A DNA stretch of 64,000 bases from Blastocladiella emersonii ATCC 22665 (Eukaryota > Fungi > Blastocladiomycota), in assembly GCA_025594325.1 (NCBI GenBank), contig JANHCV010000003.1, forward strand, positions 1,612,001 to 1,676,000. The letters run 5' to 3'. Below the pieces are notes generated by a model. It made no database searches, had not been told where the DNA came from, and saw only the letters and a program-made list of their open reading frames with translations. The translations under genes were made by a program, and so were the position numbers. Shown one piece after another: positions 12,601-23,752 of the stretch (positions are counted from its first letter, which is position 1; the number at the start of each line of letters is the position of its first letter).

Positions 12601-12867
12601 CTGCAGCAGCAGCAGGAGCAGCGTGAAGATGACGGGCGCAGCCACGGTCTGCGCCAGCGTCGACTTCTTGTACCGCAGCGTGAGCCGCAGGTTGCGCTTC
12701 ATCATCACAATGAACTGGTTGAGCCACACGGGCAGCGTGCTGCGCTCGGGCACGCGCGGCGTGTAGTCCGAGTGCGCCGGCGCGAGGTTGTCGTTGCTGG
12801 CCGCGACGGCGATGGTGGTCGCCGGCGGCGCAGGCGGCGGCGCGGCGCCGCTACTGGTTCCGGCCAT
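9689..12867 (-). CDS. Half-size ABCA-family transporter (one TMD plus one NBD), multi-exon
   Basis: N-terminal QFIVMMKRNLRL; ABCA TMD (VNEKETLLRHAMATMGL); spliced Walker A LGRNGAGKSTTTSIL; MGICPQHDILFDELT; FSGGMKRRLSV; LLLDEPTTG; TTHSMEE; LKSKFGIGY; C-terminal SLEEVFL. Stop at 9689. Confidence 0.9.
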
Positions 12868-13370
12868 GGCGGGTGGGTGTGCAAGGGGAGGAGGGTCTAG
12901 CGCGAGCAGGTGCGAGGTCGATCCGTCGAGGGAGAGGGAGTTGCATCAAGTAGGGTTGCCGCCAAGGAGGGCCGGAGAGGAATCGCTCGGCCAAGGTCGG
13001 TGGCCCAGTACGCAGCACGCGGCGCGTCGCGCCGCCTGGTCCTCGTCCCCCGTCCTCGGGCGCCCCAGTCAGCCGCGCCCGCGTCTCATTTCGGGTGGAC
13101 TGTGGCGCAGGGCCGCGAGCCGAGGGCCGTCCGGATCTTCCGTCGGATCGAATAATACGGCGCGCGCGGCGCATCGGGGGTCTGTAACCCTACGAACCCC
13201 GAATTGTCTCGCGAAACGTGCTCGGAGACGCGACGCGTCCGTGTCTCGCACTTCGTCGCGTGCGCCACCCTGCCCCTCACCGCCGCTCGCCATCGGACTC
13301 TGAGGCAAACTCTGTTGGAGACACTGACAAATCACAAAGCGTCACGCCCACTCCGCTCATCGGGACGCGC

Positions 13371-14233
13371 TCAGAACTCCAGCTCGAAGCCGTCGCGGTG
13401 GATGAACTTGCCCGAGTCCTTGATCGTGGCCTTGGCGATCTGCTCGTACAGCTTGGCCGCGCACTCCTCGGGGCCCATGTCGCCCTTACCGGCCGTCATG
13501 CGCGTCTGGATGTAGCCCGGGTGCAGCGCAATGAACGTCACGTCCTTGGCGTCGCACGCCAGCGTCTTGTTGACCATGTTGAGCGCCGCCTTGGACGCGC
13601 GGTACCCGTAGTAGGTGCCCGACGAGTTGTCGGCGATCGACCCCATGCGCGACGTGATCTGGATCACCTTGGCCGACTCCTTGCGCGGGCTCGCGCGCAG
13701 CAGCGGCAGCATCGCCTGGCTCACGAGCGCCGGCGCGATCGTGTTGATCTGGAACTGGCGCGTGAACGTCTCGGGCGTCAGCTTGCCGAGCTCGTCCGAC
13801 TCGAAGATGCCCGCGTTGTTGACCACCACGTCGAGGTGGTCCACCACGCCGCGCACGCGCGTCGCCAGGCCCTCGATCGACGCGTTGTCGGACACGTCGA
13901 GCTGCAGGACCGCAGCGGCGACCGTCGACAGCTACAGTGCGGTTCGCGGTACGCGGTATGCGTCAGTCTACCCGTCTCATGCTTTGGGATGCGCGATGCG
14001 GCAGCGCACCTCCTCGACAGCGGCCGGCTCCGTGTTGCGCGACGTGCCAATCACGTTGAAGCCGTGCTGGTGGAACTGCTTGGCCAGGTTGAGACCGATC
14101 CCGCTACACGGCAGAGGATCGGTCAGCGCGACGCGGTCCGCACTGCGCTGCGGCAGCTGATGCCGCTCGCTTACCGGTTGGCACCCGTGATGAGGACGGT
14201 CGGGAGCTCCTTGCGCATAAAGATGGCGGCCAT
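13371..14233 (-). CDS. Short-chain dehydrogenase/reductase (CsgA/C-factor-like), 3 exons
   Basis: Spliced VLITGANRGIG Rossmann motif, VVVNNAGI, ITSRMGSI, YRASKAALN (YxxxK) and LHPGYIQTRM. Confidence 0.9.
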
Positions 14234-14876
14234 GGTGTTGATTTCGTTGCAGGGACTGCGGGTGTCTGTCAGGGAGAGAGAGCGCGCGGATCGGCGTGAG
14301 GAAGCGAGGTGTTCGGGGCGAGCGAGACCACGGCGCTCGAAGCTGACTCAGCTCGGCTATTGCCGCCCTGCGAAGAGCTCGGCCTGGAACTCGGCTGCTA
14401 CGAGCTTACGGAGCATCAGCACGAGACAAACGTGAGATCGTGGGCTCCACAACAGCCGTGAGGGCCAGAGGATGTCGGGAGCGGAGAGGCGGCCTCTCGC
14501 TGGGCTCGCTGCGGGCGCTTGGACCAGTACTACGGTCCGCCATCAGTCAAGAGAACAGCGAGATGTGTTCTGTTGATCCGACGATGCAAGGGGAGCGAGA
14601 CGCGAGCTCGGCGTTGTGCAGGGGTTCCCCTGGCGTTGTGCCTTCGGGCGTCTCGACATGATCGCCACGAAGTCACATGGCTGTTCAACGCGTCCAGATG
14701 ATACGGTCGCGAGTGAAGGCCGCCTCGATCTCGCGACGTCCGCTCATGCACCACACTCCATGCGATCGAAAGTAACTGGAAGCATGAAACCCCAGCATGA
14801 TACTCGAAGCCGACGCGTGCGCGTGCGCCGTGCTGGCAGCCCATCGGCCATAAGCGCGCCGCGGTGCCCGCGCTAA

Positions 14877-17178
14877 GGCGTCATCCTCGAGTCGGGCACG
14901 CACGCCGAGCTGGTGGCGCGCAAGGGTTTCTACTACGAGCTGGTGCGCAACCAGCAGGTCGAGGGCGGCGACAAAAAGGAAGACGTCGAGGAGGAGGAGG
15001 ACGAGGATGCCGCCGAGGTCAAGCTGGAGCGGGCGGCGAGCGTCAAGTCGACGGGCTCGCTGGCGCACACGAGCGCCGTCCCGAAAACCATCTACGACGA
15101 GGTGTCCGACGAGAAATGGCCGTTCGTGCGCGCGATGCGGCTCAATTTCGACATGTGGCCGTGGACGCTGCTCGGGCTCGCGGCGGCGATCGTGGCGGGC
15201 GCCATCACGCCGTCGTACGCGCTCGTCTACGCGCGCGCCATCACCGACTACGGCAACGCGTACTCGTACGTGAACGGCGCCCTGGTGCCCAAGGTCGCCG
15301 AGCTCGAGCGGCTCGGGTCGCAGTGGGGCGTCGTGTTCCTGGTGATCGCCATCATCGCGGGCGTGTCCAACTACCTGCAGACGCTCGCCTTCACGGTGTC
15401 GGGCGAGTCGATTGTCATGAAGATGCGCGACATGTGCTTCGGGGCCATGGTCGCGCAGGAGGGCGGGTTCTACGACCGCAAGGAGAACTCGGTCGGGTCG
15501 CTCGCGGGCAAGCTGGCGGTCGAGTCGTCGCTGGTGCGCAAGCTCGTCGGCGACACGCTGGGCACGATCACGCAGGTGTCCATGTCGCTGCTGATTGGCG
15601 CGATCCTGTCGCTCTACTACTGCTGGCAGCTGTCGCTGGTCGTGATCGCGTGCGCGCCCATGATCATCGTGTCGGGCATGTACCAGTCGCGCGCGCAAAA
15701 GGGCCTGGCGGGGATGAAGGCCGACAACGAGGCGTCGTCGCTCAGCTCCGAGGCCGTGTCGAACGTGCGCACGATCGCGTCGCTCGGGCTCGAGAAGCGG
15801 TTTTTGGCGGAATACGACCACCTGCTCGAGGAGCCGACGCGGCACGCGCGCGTCGGGTCGCTGCTCGGCGGCGCGGCGTTTGGGTTCTCGAACGCGGCCA
15901 ACTGGATCGTGTACGCGGTCGCCTTCACGTACGCGTCGCGGCTGATCGGGTGGGGCATCTACTCGTTCCAGGACGTGTTCCAGGCCATCACGACGGTCAT
16001 GTTCAGCTCCATGATGGGCGGGCGCATCGCCACGTTCCTGCCCGACTACAACAAGGCGCGCACGGCGGCCATCGAGGTGTTCCGCCTGATTGACCGCAAG
16101 CCGTCAATCGATATCTCGCGGCAGGCCGAGTCGATCCCGAAGCTCGAGAACGTGCGCGGCGAGATCACGTTCGAGGACGTGCACTTCCGGTACCCGTCGC
16201 GGCCCAAGGTGCGCGTGCACCGCGGCCTCTCGTTCAAGATCCCGGCGGGCTCGCGGGTCGCCCTCGTCGGTTCCAGCGGGTGCGTTTTTCTTAAATTTGA
16301 CTCTGCTCATCCCGAAAGCATCCACTCACACTTGTGCCTCGTGTCGCGCAACACAACAGATGCGGCAAGTCGACGGTGATCCAGCAGCTCGAGCGCTTCT
16401 ACGACCCGGCGCGCGGTCGCATCCTCATCGACGGCGTCGACATTGCGTCCGTCGACCTGCACAGCCTGCGGTCGACGCTCTCGCTGGTCGGCCAGGAGCC
16501 GATCCTGTTCGACGGGACCGTCATGGACAACATCAAGTACGGCGCCGTCGACCCGTCCAAGGTGACGGACGAGGAGGTGTACGAGGCGGCGCGCCAGGCC
16601 GACGTGCACGATTTCATCAGCAACCTGTCGCAGGGCTACCAGACGCCGGTCGGCGAGCGCGGCGGCATGCTCTCGGGCGGGGTACGTTCGTTGTTTCTGC
16701 CATGTGCTTCTTCGCGGGAGGACCAGATCACTAATGCTGTCGCTCCGTCCACTCACCCTCCCACAGCAAAAGCAGCGCGTCGCCATTGCCCGCGCCCTGA
16801 TCCGCAAGCCCAAGGTACGCCATCTCTCACCCTCATCTTCCCAACCCTCGCGACTGCCTCCCGCACCCGCCCACCCACACACTCGACCATCGCCTCTGAC
16901 GCTCATTTCGCGCCCAAATCTAGATCCTCCTCCTCGACGAGTGCACTGCGGCGCTTGACTCGGCGTCCGAGGCCGCCGTCCAGCAGGCCCTCGAGGCTGC
17001 GTCGCGCGGGCGCACCACCATCTCGATTGCGCACCGGTTGAGCAGCATTGTGAACTCGGACATTCTTTTCGCGCTGGACAAGGGCCGCCTCGTCGAGCAG
17101 GGCACGCACACCGAGCTGGTCGCCAAGCGCGGCTTTTACTTCAAGCTGGTCGAGGCGCAGATGGACTCGGCCCACTAG
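14877..17178 (+). pseudogene. 5'-truncated copy of the ABCB/MDR gene (end of NBD1, linker, TMD2, NBD2, with introns); possibly an expressed half-transporter
   Basis: Starts at GGCGTCATCCTCGAG (GVILESGTH). It is open through TMD2 and NBD2 to TAG at 17176-17178. The first in-frame ATG is at 15135 ([10 protein letters not shown]), just before TM7. Confidence 0.85.
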
Positions 17179-18268
17179 ACGCCGCCGTTGTTTGGTGTGA
17201 CTCTTTCGTAATACTAGTATCTATCTCCCTGTCCACCTCTGCCCGCTCGTTTCTCTCGTCCTCTCGTCCAGTGAAGGTGTGGGTGGCGCCGTGTGGCTGG
17301 TGTGGCGCAACGCGTCCCGTCTTCGCGGCCGACACTCTTTACAGTGTCGCGCCCAAACAACCGCACACGAGCGGAGCCGTTGCGGATGCGTGCGCAGCGG
17401 CTCATTGCTCGGCCAAGTTCCTCAAGCCGCCGCCGCCACCGCCGCCAAATGGCCGAGCTCGCGGCGAGTCGATGCCGTTCCCCGCTCAGTCGCGCAAGAT
17501 GGTTCGCAACGCGGAGGCGCGCTCCACGGCCGTGGTCCACACGGAGCGATCGAGACAACCGGTTCCGTCCGAACCAGGCTTGAGGTTAGCGGACGCTGGT
17601 TCTGGCCAGAGCCAGGAGCGAGAGTCCTTCAGCCAGAGGGTCCGGGCCATTCGGCTCACTCTGACCTCATGTCACTCAGCTCGTGACCAAGTGCGCGTCG
17701 GATTGTGCAGGGAGGTGGGCTTGGGCTTGGGCCGAGAGTGCTGGGAGCGCTCTCGCCGCGGCAAGGTGCTCGCTCGCACGACGCGGGTGGCGCGAAGCAG
17801 ATCCACGCTGCGCCGGCCGCGCGGGCGACGCCGCGTGTTTTGAGGAGGAGCGGGTCCGCAAGCGGCTTCGCGCGCCCAACCTTTCGTGAGTTGGCGGGTT
17901 CCGAGCGCAGCGGGGATGGAATTGAGGTGGAGGTGGAGGCGGAGGTGGAGGCGGAGCAAGTTCAGGAGGTTGGGAGCGGGCCGCACTTCCGGGTGCCACG
18001 GAGGACCGGCTGTCGTCGCCGCCGCCGCCACGTCCACCCCACGCACGCAAGGCGTCGAGGATTCACACCGCGTCGCAGGGAGGTGGGCGGGCCACTGGTC
18101 GACTGGACCGCGGGCGGCGGGGGCCGCATTGTCATCGTGCTCACGCTCGGGCCAGCCACGGCCGCCATCGCCGCGGGCGCTTCGAAACTTGGTGGGCGGG
18201 CAGGCGCAACTCCCCCGAGCAACCGGCGCAACGTGACCTGGTTTCCTGTCGAGCAAGATGAGGAGAAT
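14877..18268 (+). repeat. Left arm of a ~3.4-kb inverted duplication (partner 25484-28875)
   Basis: Position x matches the complement of 43752-x throughout, as shown by mirrored ORF pairs such as 17271-17843/25909-26481 and 16334-17041/26711-27418. Only one difference was detected (16169 G vs 27583 T on +). A full base-by-base alignment was not done. Confidence 0.95.
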
Positions 18269-18339
18269 GCAGCGGCGGCGCATGCGTGGTTCGGGGTCGC
18301 CGACAAGCGGGCGGATCCGAAAGCACCCGTGGCGCCCGG

Positions 18340-18660
18340 CGCTGTATCTCTTGGCTGGTCGTGCCCAGCGTGCAACCACGCGATACCTGTCGTCACCGTG
18401 ACCGCGCAGGTCGTGATTCAGCTCCGCGCGCACGCCGCCTGGAGCGCGCAGTGGTTGCTCGTGTGTAGTGACGCGATGTGTGCATAGTACACGCGCTACA
18501 CCGCGTCAACGGCGCGCGGCGCGCGTACCTGCTGTGCACCGACCGCACGGAGATCGTCTACTCACGCAACGCGCTGCACCGCTAACTCGCCAAGTACACG
18601 CACCCGTTCAACGCTGACAAGGCGGCGGCGACCACGGCCAAGGTGAACCGTCGCCCGCGC
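18340..18660 (+). pseudogene. Possible decayed coding fragment with Cys motifs
   Basis: Reads WSCPACNHAIPVV...WLLVCSDAMCA*YTRY, then in a shifted frame NGARRAYLLCTDRTEIVYSRNALHR*LAKYTHPFNADK. GC3-rich codons with internal TAG/TAA stops. No family recognised. Confidence 0.3.
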
Positions 18661-18987
18661 TGTGCTTCTCGCGCACGCACGCGAGTTCCGCGCAGTCTAG
18701 AACGCCGCACCCAGGTCGAACTCGCGTCGCTCCTCACGTTTATGCGGGGCGCGGGAGCAACGGCGGTGGTGGTCAAAGCGGGACGGCGATCTCATGGAGG
18801 GTTGAATGAATAGCTTCCACATGTTGCTTAGCTCGGGACGAGATAGGCCAGTGGCCGCACAAGGCACAGGCAGAGCTTGAGACACAGGCGCGGGCGACTC
18901 AGCTCGACACGCGCTGAGATATAATCTGGGCCCTCGGCGGGATGAACTTCGCGCGCGGCAACAAAGCTGACGCGCGCGCCTCGACGT

Positions 18988-19006
18988 CATCGCAAAACCT
19001 GCAGCA
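18988..19006 (+). repeat. Left terminal inverted repeat (19 bp)
   Basis: catcgcaaaacctgcagca is the exact reverse complement of 24909-24927. Confidence 0.9.
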
Positions 19007-19312
19007 GCGGTTCGGGGCCTGATCGCGGCCGGATCGCGGCCAGAAAGCAGCATCCGGGCCGGATCTGTGATATTACCCTGACGCGGACCGGATCTGGCTC
19101 AGACGCCGCGCGGGCGGCGCGAGCGGGGTCGGGGCAGCGTCTGGGCAGCGTTGGGGCGGTATCCGGCCCAGATCCGGCCCTGATCAAGCCGTGATCCTGC
19201 CCTGATCTCGCCCAGGTCCGGGGCAGAGGCTGCCGTGATGCCGCCGCGAAGTGCGCACCGATCGTGTCACGATCCCGCTCGCATCGTGGCCGGATCCGGG
19301 CACACGTCGCAG

Positions 19313-19410
19313 TCAGATCCTGGCCGTATCGTCGCCAGATCCGGGCCATGTCGCGCTCAGATCCTGGCCGTATCGTCGCCGGATCCGGGCCATGTCGCGC
19401 TCAGATCCTG
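19313..19410 (+). repeat. Subterminal tandem repeat, 44-bp unit, 2 full copies plus partial flanking copies
   Basis: tcagatcctggccgtatcgtcgcc[a/g]gatccgggccatgtcgcgc at 19313 and 19357, partial at 19401, and a degenerate copy just upstream. Confidence 0.9.
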
Positions 19411-19567
19411 ACCCAGTCGGGGAGTCATCCGCATAGCATTCGGGTATATATATATACAATATCATCATATCGGAACACGCTTGGGCGGCCGGCCGGCCGG
19501 CCTGCCCGCCCGCTCGCCCGCCCCCACCCCACGGTCAACAGCGTGTGCGCGCGCGCGCGCCCTTGGC

Positions 19568-21352
19568 CTACTTCTTGGCCTTGGTCTTCGTTCTCCGCGG
19601 CATCGAGATGGCGAGCGCCGCGAGCGTCGCCGCGCGCTTGGCGCTGGGCTTGCGCACGCGCGTCGACTTGGCCCGCGTCGCGGGTGGCGCGTTCTTGACG
19701 TTATTGGTCGGGTCCGTCTCCTGCGTGACTTGAGCATCGGACCACGCTGACTCGTCGTCCTCGGCGCGCTCGTCGTCCTCGATGACGCCACCCTTGGACG
19801 CCGCCGACTGGCGCAGCTTGGCCTCGGTCTCGCCGTCGACCACGCCCGCTGGATCTTGAGCAGCAGCCGCAGCATCGACGGCCGCGGCCGGCGAGGTGAG
19901 CCCGTGTGCCGCGCCGACTTGGGGCTCGACCACGGACCCGCTGGTCGGTGTCGCACTGGCACCGACACCTGCAGCAGCGGAGCGATGGGCTGGGAGGTGG
20001 GAGCGATGGCATGAGCGTCAGCGTCGGTCACTCGGACGCGGAGACAGCAGCGAAGGGAAGGGAGCATACGACGAGGCCGCTGCTGCAGTGGCGGAGGTGG
20101 TGGTGGCCGAGGTGGTGGCGGGGTCGGCGAACGTGGACGACGAAGGGGACTGGCGTCGCTCTCGCCGCCCCCGTCATCGTCGTCGGCGTCAGCGTCGGCA
20201 CGAGGGAGCGGGGACGAGGGGAAGGGCGCGGTCGTAGTCTCGACGGGCACGAGCGAGGGCGCGCCGGTGGCGAGCGGGACCGCGGCCGAGGTCGAGGCCG
20301 ACATGGTGAGCGAGGCCGGGCCGCTACCGTTGCCGCTGCGCGCGAGCAGCTCGAAGATACCGGGGTCGAGGCCGTTGTGGGCAGCGAGGTGAAGAGGCGA
20401 CGCCGGGTTGCCGGGGTTGATGAGCATCGACGACGTGTTGCCCGACGGCATCTCGACCGCGTAGCCCGAGTCGGAGAAGGGCACGGCGCCGGCGGGTACC
20501 GATGACGAGGCCGAGGCCGCTGCTGGTGCCCCGGCGATGGCGAGGCCGGACGCGGGCGTGGCGGTGCTCGGCGGCGGGGCGGTGAACCACGCGAAGCCCG
20601 TACCGTACCCACGTCGGGCACACGTCTGCGGAACAGCACCGAGAAGCCGGTCACCTTCTCGGTAAAGTCGGGTTCCGCCACGACCTTGCGGAGCTTGGTG
20701 AGGTTGGATTGCCGGTCCGACTGGTTGCGGAAGTCACCCCACCCCTTCGCGGGCGACAGGGCCGAGCCCAGCTAGGCAGCGCGCGCGCGCAGGGGTGAGC
20801 AGGCTGCAGAAAGAAAGCGGCGGTGATGGCGGAGGCGCAACGTACCACGGCGAGAAGTAGAGCGAGGAAGCACTGGGCGCGGTTGACCTTGAGCACGGCC
20901 CCGTCCAGTTCCTGCAGCACCAGCACAGCGATGGATCCAAAGGATACATTCGCTATGAGGGCAAGGTCGGAGGGGGAGGGGAGGGGCGAATGAGGGGTAC
21001 GAGTCGTGTCGAGGGATGGGCAGACGCACGCAACGTACAGTTCACGGACGACAGGAGGACGCCGTCGAGCAGCACCTCGAGGATCGTGTTCGGGTTGCCG
21101 GCCGCGTCGAAGAGCACGTTGTTGGTCCACGCAGGCTCAAGGACGCCCATGTTGCCGGCCTTGGCGGCCTTGAAGGCGGCGTGCGCCGTGTCCCAGGTCC
21201 CCGAGGCGATCGAGGCGTTGTTGACCAGCTTCTGCTTGATGAACTTGAGGACCAGCGTGAAGAGGTTGGAGCTCGTCCGCCGTCGTGTCGAGCGGCAACA
21301 CGGCGGGCGCCGAGCCGGACGACGGGCCGGGCGCGGGTTGGTGCGACGCCAT
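19568..21352 (-). pseudogene. Second gene of the element, unknown product with a basic C-terminal tail, frameshifted
   Basis: ATG at 21352 (MASHQPAPG...). The GC3-rich frame continues only after a +1 shift near 21268 (DELNLFTLVLKFIKQK...). Two GTACGT introns and one GTATGC intron. A second shift lies near 20630. Ends ...PRRTKTKAKK* at 19568. Confidence 0.6.
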
Positions 21353-21772
21353 GACGGGCGACGCTCGGGACGCGAGATGGCGGTGACGGTGGCGGTGGAG
21401 GGCGGGTGGGTCGGATGCCAGCAGGTCGAGGGCGGCGGGTGTCTTGCGGGAGCGGAAGCGACCGAGGCCGAGCAGGCGCGAAGTCAAGAGAGGGGAGGGA
21501 GAGCGGGAGCGGGAGCGGGCGGGGCGGGGCGAGGGGGCGCCCCCTCTTCGCCTGCCTCTTCGCCGCCGCTGTGCAGCAGGCTGTGCAGCACGCCGCTGAA
21601 CACGCAAACGCGCCAACGCGCCAACGCGCCGATCACGTGCTCGGCGCGTCGCTGCCTTGCCGCCGCGCCGCAATCTCTCCCGCGCGCGCGCACGCCAACG
21701 CTGGGCCGCCCACGCCCAAACTAGTTCCCATGTAACTGCCCGCAACTCGACCCGTCCACCCGTCCATCCATC

Positions 21773-23752
21773 ATGCCGCCGGCCAAACCCGGCCGCCCTG
21801 TCTCCCGCCGCCACGCGGCCGCTGTCGCCACCGCTGCCTCTGCAGCCGCCGCGCCGGCCTCGCCTTCGTCTTCGTCATCGTCGTCAGTCGCAACGAACCC
21901 GACCGCTTCCACTGCGCCTGCCGCATCCGCCGCGCCCGCACCGTACGCGGCGCCGCCTCGCCGGAGCGCCCGCCCGCGCAAGCCCAACCCGCATGCCAAC
22001 CTCAGCTGTATCCCGCCCTGCACCTTCAAATCCGATTCGTACGCGGGCCTGCACATCCACGAGGCCAGCTGTCACGTCGTCGACGCCCTCCTGAACCAAA
22101 ATGCACGGGCCCCGGCCGTTGCGTCTGGGCACCAGCCGGGTGAGATCCGCCGCGCCGCGCCGTCTGGTCCCGGCGGGGTGTTTACAGCTCCGCCACCACC
22201 TCCGCTACCACCTCCGCTACCACCGCCGCAGCAGCAGCCTCAGCAGCACTCGCAGCACTCGCAGCACTTGCAGCTTGAGCAGCAGTTGCAGCAGGATGTC
22301 ATCATGCAGGACTCGCCCAAAAACGACTCGCAGGATGGCGTCAGCTCTGCCGAGGACGCCGGGACCGTGACCAACCTCAATGGCAACGTTGTCATGGAGG
22401 ACGCCAACGCCGAGACTGTGACCAACGGCGCGCCCGCTCCTGTCGCTGAAACCACGTCCGCCGCGCCCGCCACGACCGTGCTCGCCTACGGCGCCAAGCT
22501 CCCGATTGGCAAGCACCGTGTTCCGGGAACGACGCCGCCCGTGCCCATTGGCCACGAGCCGATCCCGCGCGCCGTCCAGCAGTCGCCCACCCTCACCGAC
22601 GCGCCGTGGGACCCGTTCCCGGACTTTGTGTCGTGGCGCTTTACCTTCTTCTGCATGGTCGAGGCCGCGCTCTCGGACCGCGAGATCGACGCGCTCATCA
22701 ACCTGATCAACCTGATCGCCGCCATCGTCATTGTCAACAAGTTCGGCAACCTCAACATGTTCCCCGACCGCCTGCTCGTCAAGCTGCCCAAGGGCATCGT
22801 GCAGCGCGAGCTCGTCAAGAAGAGCGCCTTCTACCGCGAGTTCAAGTGCTCCGTGCTCACGGACTCGGATGGCAACAAGTACAACTTCATCACGCTCAGC
22901 GTCGTTCCCTCGCTGCTGCGCGGGTCCCGCCGCGGCGTCACGCTCGACTGGCTCGGGAACAAGTTCCCGAACCTCCTGCGCGGCCTCACCAAGGCCATGG
23001 CCAAGCACGTCCTGCTCGACATCGAGTACGTACTCCCGCATCACTGCCCTCTCTCGAAGTCATGCACTGACGCCACTCTCCTGTTCGCTCCCTGTCCTTT
23101 TCTGCCACCCAGCAACCGCGACGCCAACGCTGCGCTTCGTCCCAAGGACCTTACCGATGCCGCCGGCCGCGTGTCGCAGGTCTGCGGGTTCCAGTGCATG
23201 GAGATCCATCGCACAAGCGACCTCGACCGCCAGCCGATCGTCGAGATCCTCAAGGCCCGCGTCACCGAGTCCCATGGTCGCCTCGTCAACGACTTTTTTG
23301 TGGTACGTTTAACCTCGCCTTGTTATCTTCCTGCCGCTTTACACCACTCGTTACTGATCGCCTCCCCCTGGCGACAAACCCAGGCTCGACGCGGCAACCA
23401 GGGCGGGCTCAACATCATGGAGCCCATCCTCTTCCTCGACTTTGCCGTCAAGGGCTTTGACAACCGCTTCCAGGTCGCCATCGGTCGCTGGTTCTCGCGG
23501 TTCAAGCCCAACAGCAACACCATGCTCGCCCGCGACGCCATCACTCACCTAATCCAGGTGCGCCGCGAGGACGGCCTTGCCGTCGTACCCGTTCCCGCCA
23601 TCGTCGGCCCTGTCCATCTCGTGCCGACGTTCCTCAAGCACCTCGTCAACGGGAAGCCCAAGAAGAAGCCGTACTACCACCTTAATTGGTTCATCGGCCG
23701 CGAGCAGTTCTTCCAGGAGTCTGACACGGCCTTCGACTCGATCCTGCGCTGA
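21773..23752 (+). CDS. Plavaka/CACTA-transposase-like protein apparently lacking the central catalytic region; two in-frame introns (23026-23112, 23303-23383)
   Basis: C2HC-type finger CIPPCTFKSDSYAGLHIHEASC. PWDPFPDFVSWRFTFF...LSDREIDALINLI resembles Plavaka N-termini. EILKARVTESHGRLVNDFFV...AIGRWF...IVGPVHLVPTF...YYHLNWF resembles Plavaka C-termini. Recognised from memory, not by HMM. Confidence 0.65.
   Translation: MPPAKPGRPVSRRHAAAVATAASAAAAPASPSSSSSSSVATNPTASTAPAASAAPAPYAAPPRRSARPRKPNPHANLSCIPPCTFKSDSYAGLHIHEASCHVVDALLNQNARAPAVASGHQPGEIRRAAPSGPGGVFTAPPPPPLPPPLPPPQQQPQQHSQHSQHLQLEQQLQQDVIMQDSPKNDSQDGVSSAEDAGTVTNLNGNVVMEDANAETVTNGAPAPVAETTSAAPATTVLAYGAKLPIGKHRVPGTTPPVPIGHEPIPRAVQQSPTLTDAPWDPFPDFVSWRFTFFCMVEAALSDREIDALINLINLIAAIVIVNKFGNLNMFPDRLLVKLPKGIVQRELVKKSAFYREFKCSVLTDSDGNKYNFITLSVVPSLLRGSRRGVTLDWLGNKFPNLLRGLTKAMAKHVLLDIEYVLPHHCPLSKSCTDATLLFAPCPFLPPSNRDANAALRPKDLTDAAGRVSQVCGFQCMEIHRTSDLDRQPIVEILKARVTESHGRLVNDFFVVRLTSPCYLPAALHHSLLIASPWRQTQARRGNQGGLNIMEPILFLDFAVKGFDNRFQVAIGRWFSRFKPNSNTMLARDAITHLIQVRREDGLAVVPVPAIVGPVHLVPTFLKHLVNGKPKKKPYYHLNWFIGREQFFQESDTAFDSILR

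Noticed and set aside
19444-19457. Perfect palindrome gtatatatatatac
   Set aside because: It is a simple (TA)6 microsatellite in the AT-rich 3' region of the element's second gene.
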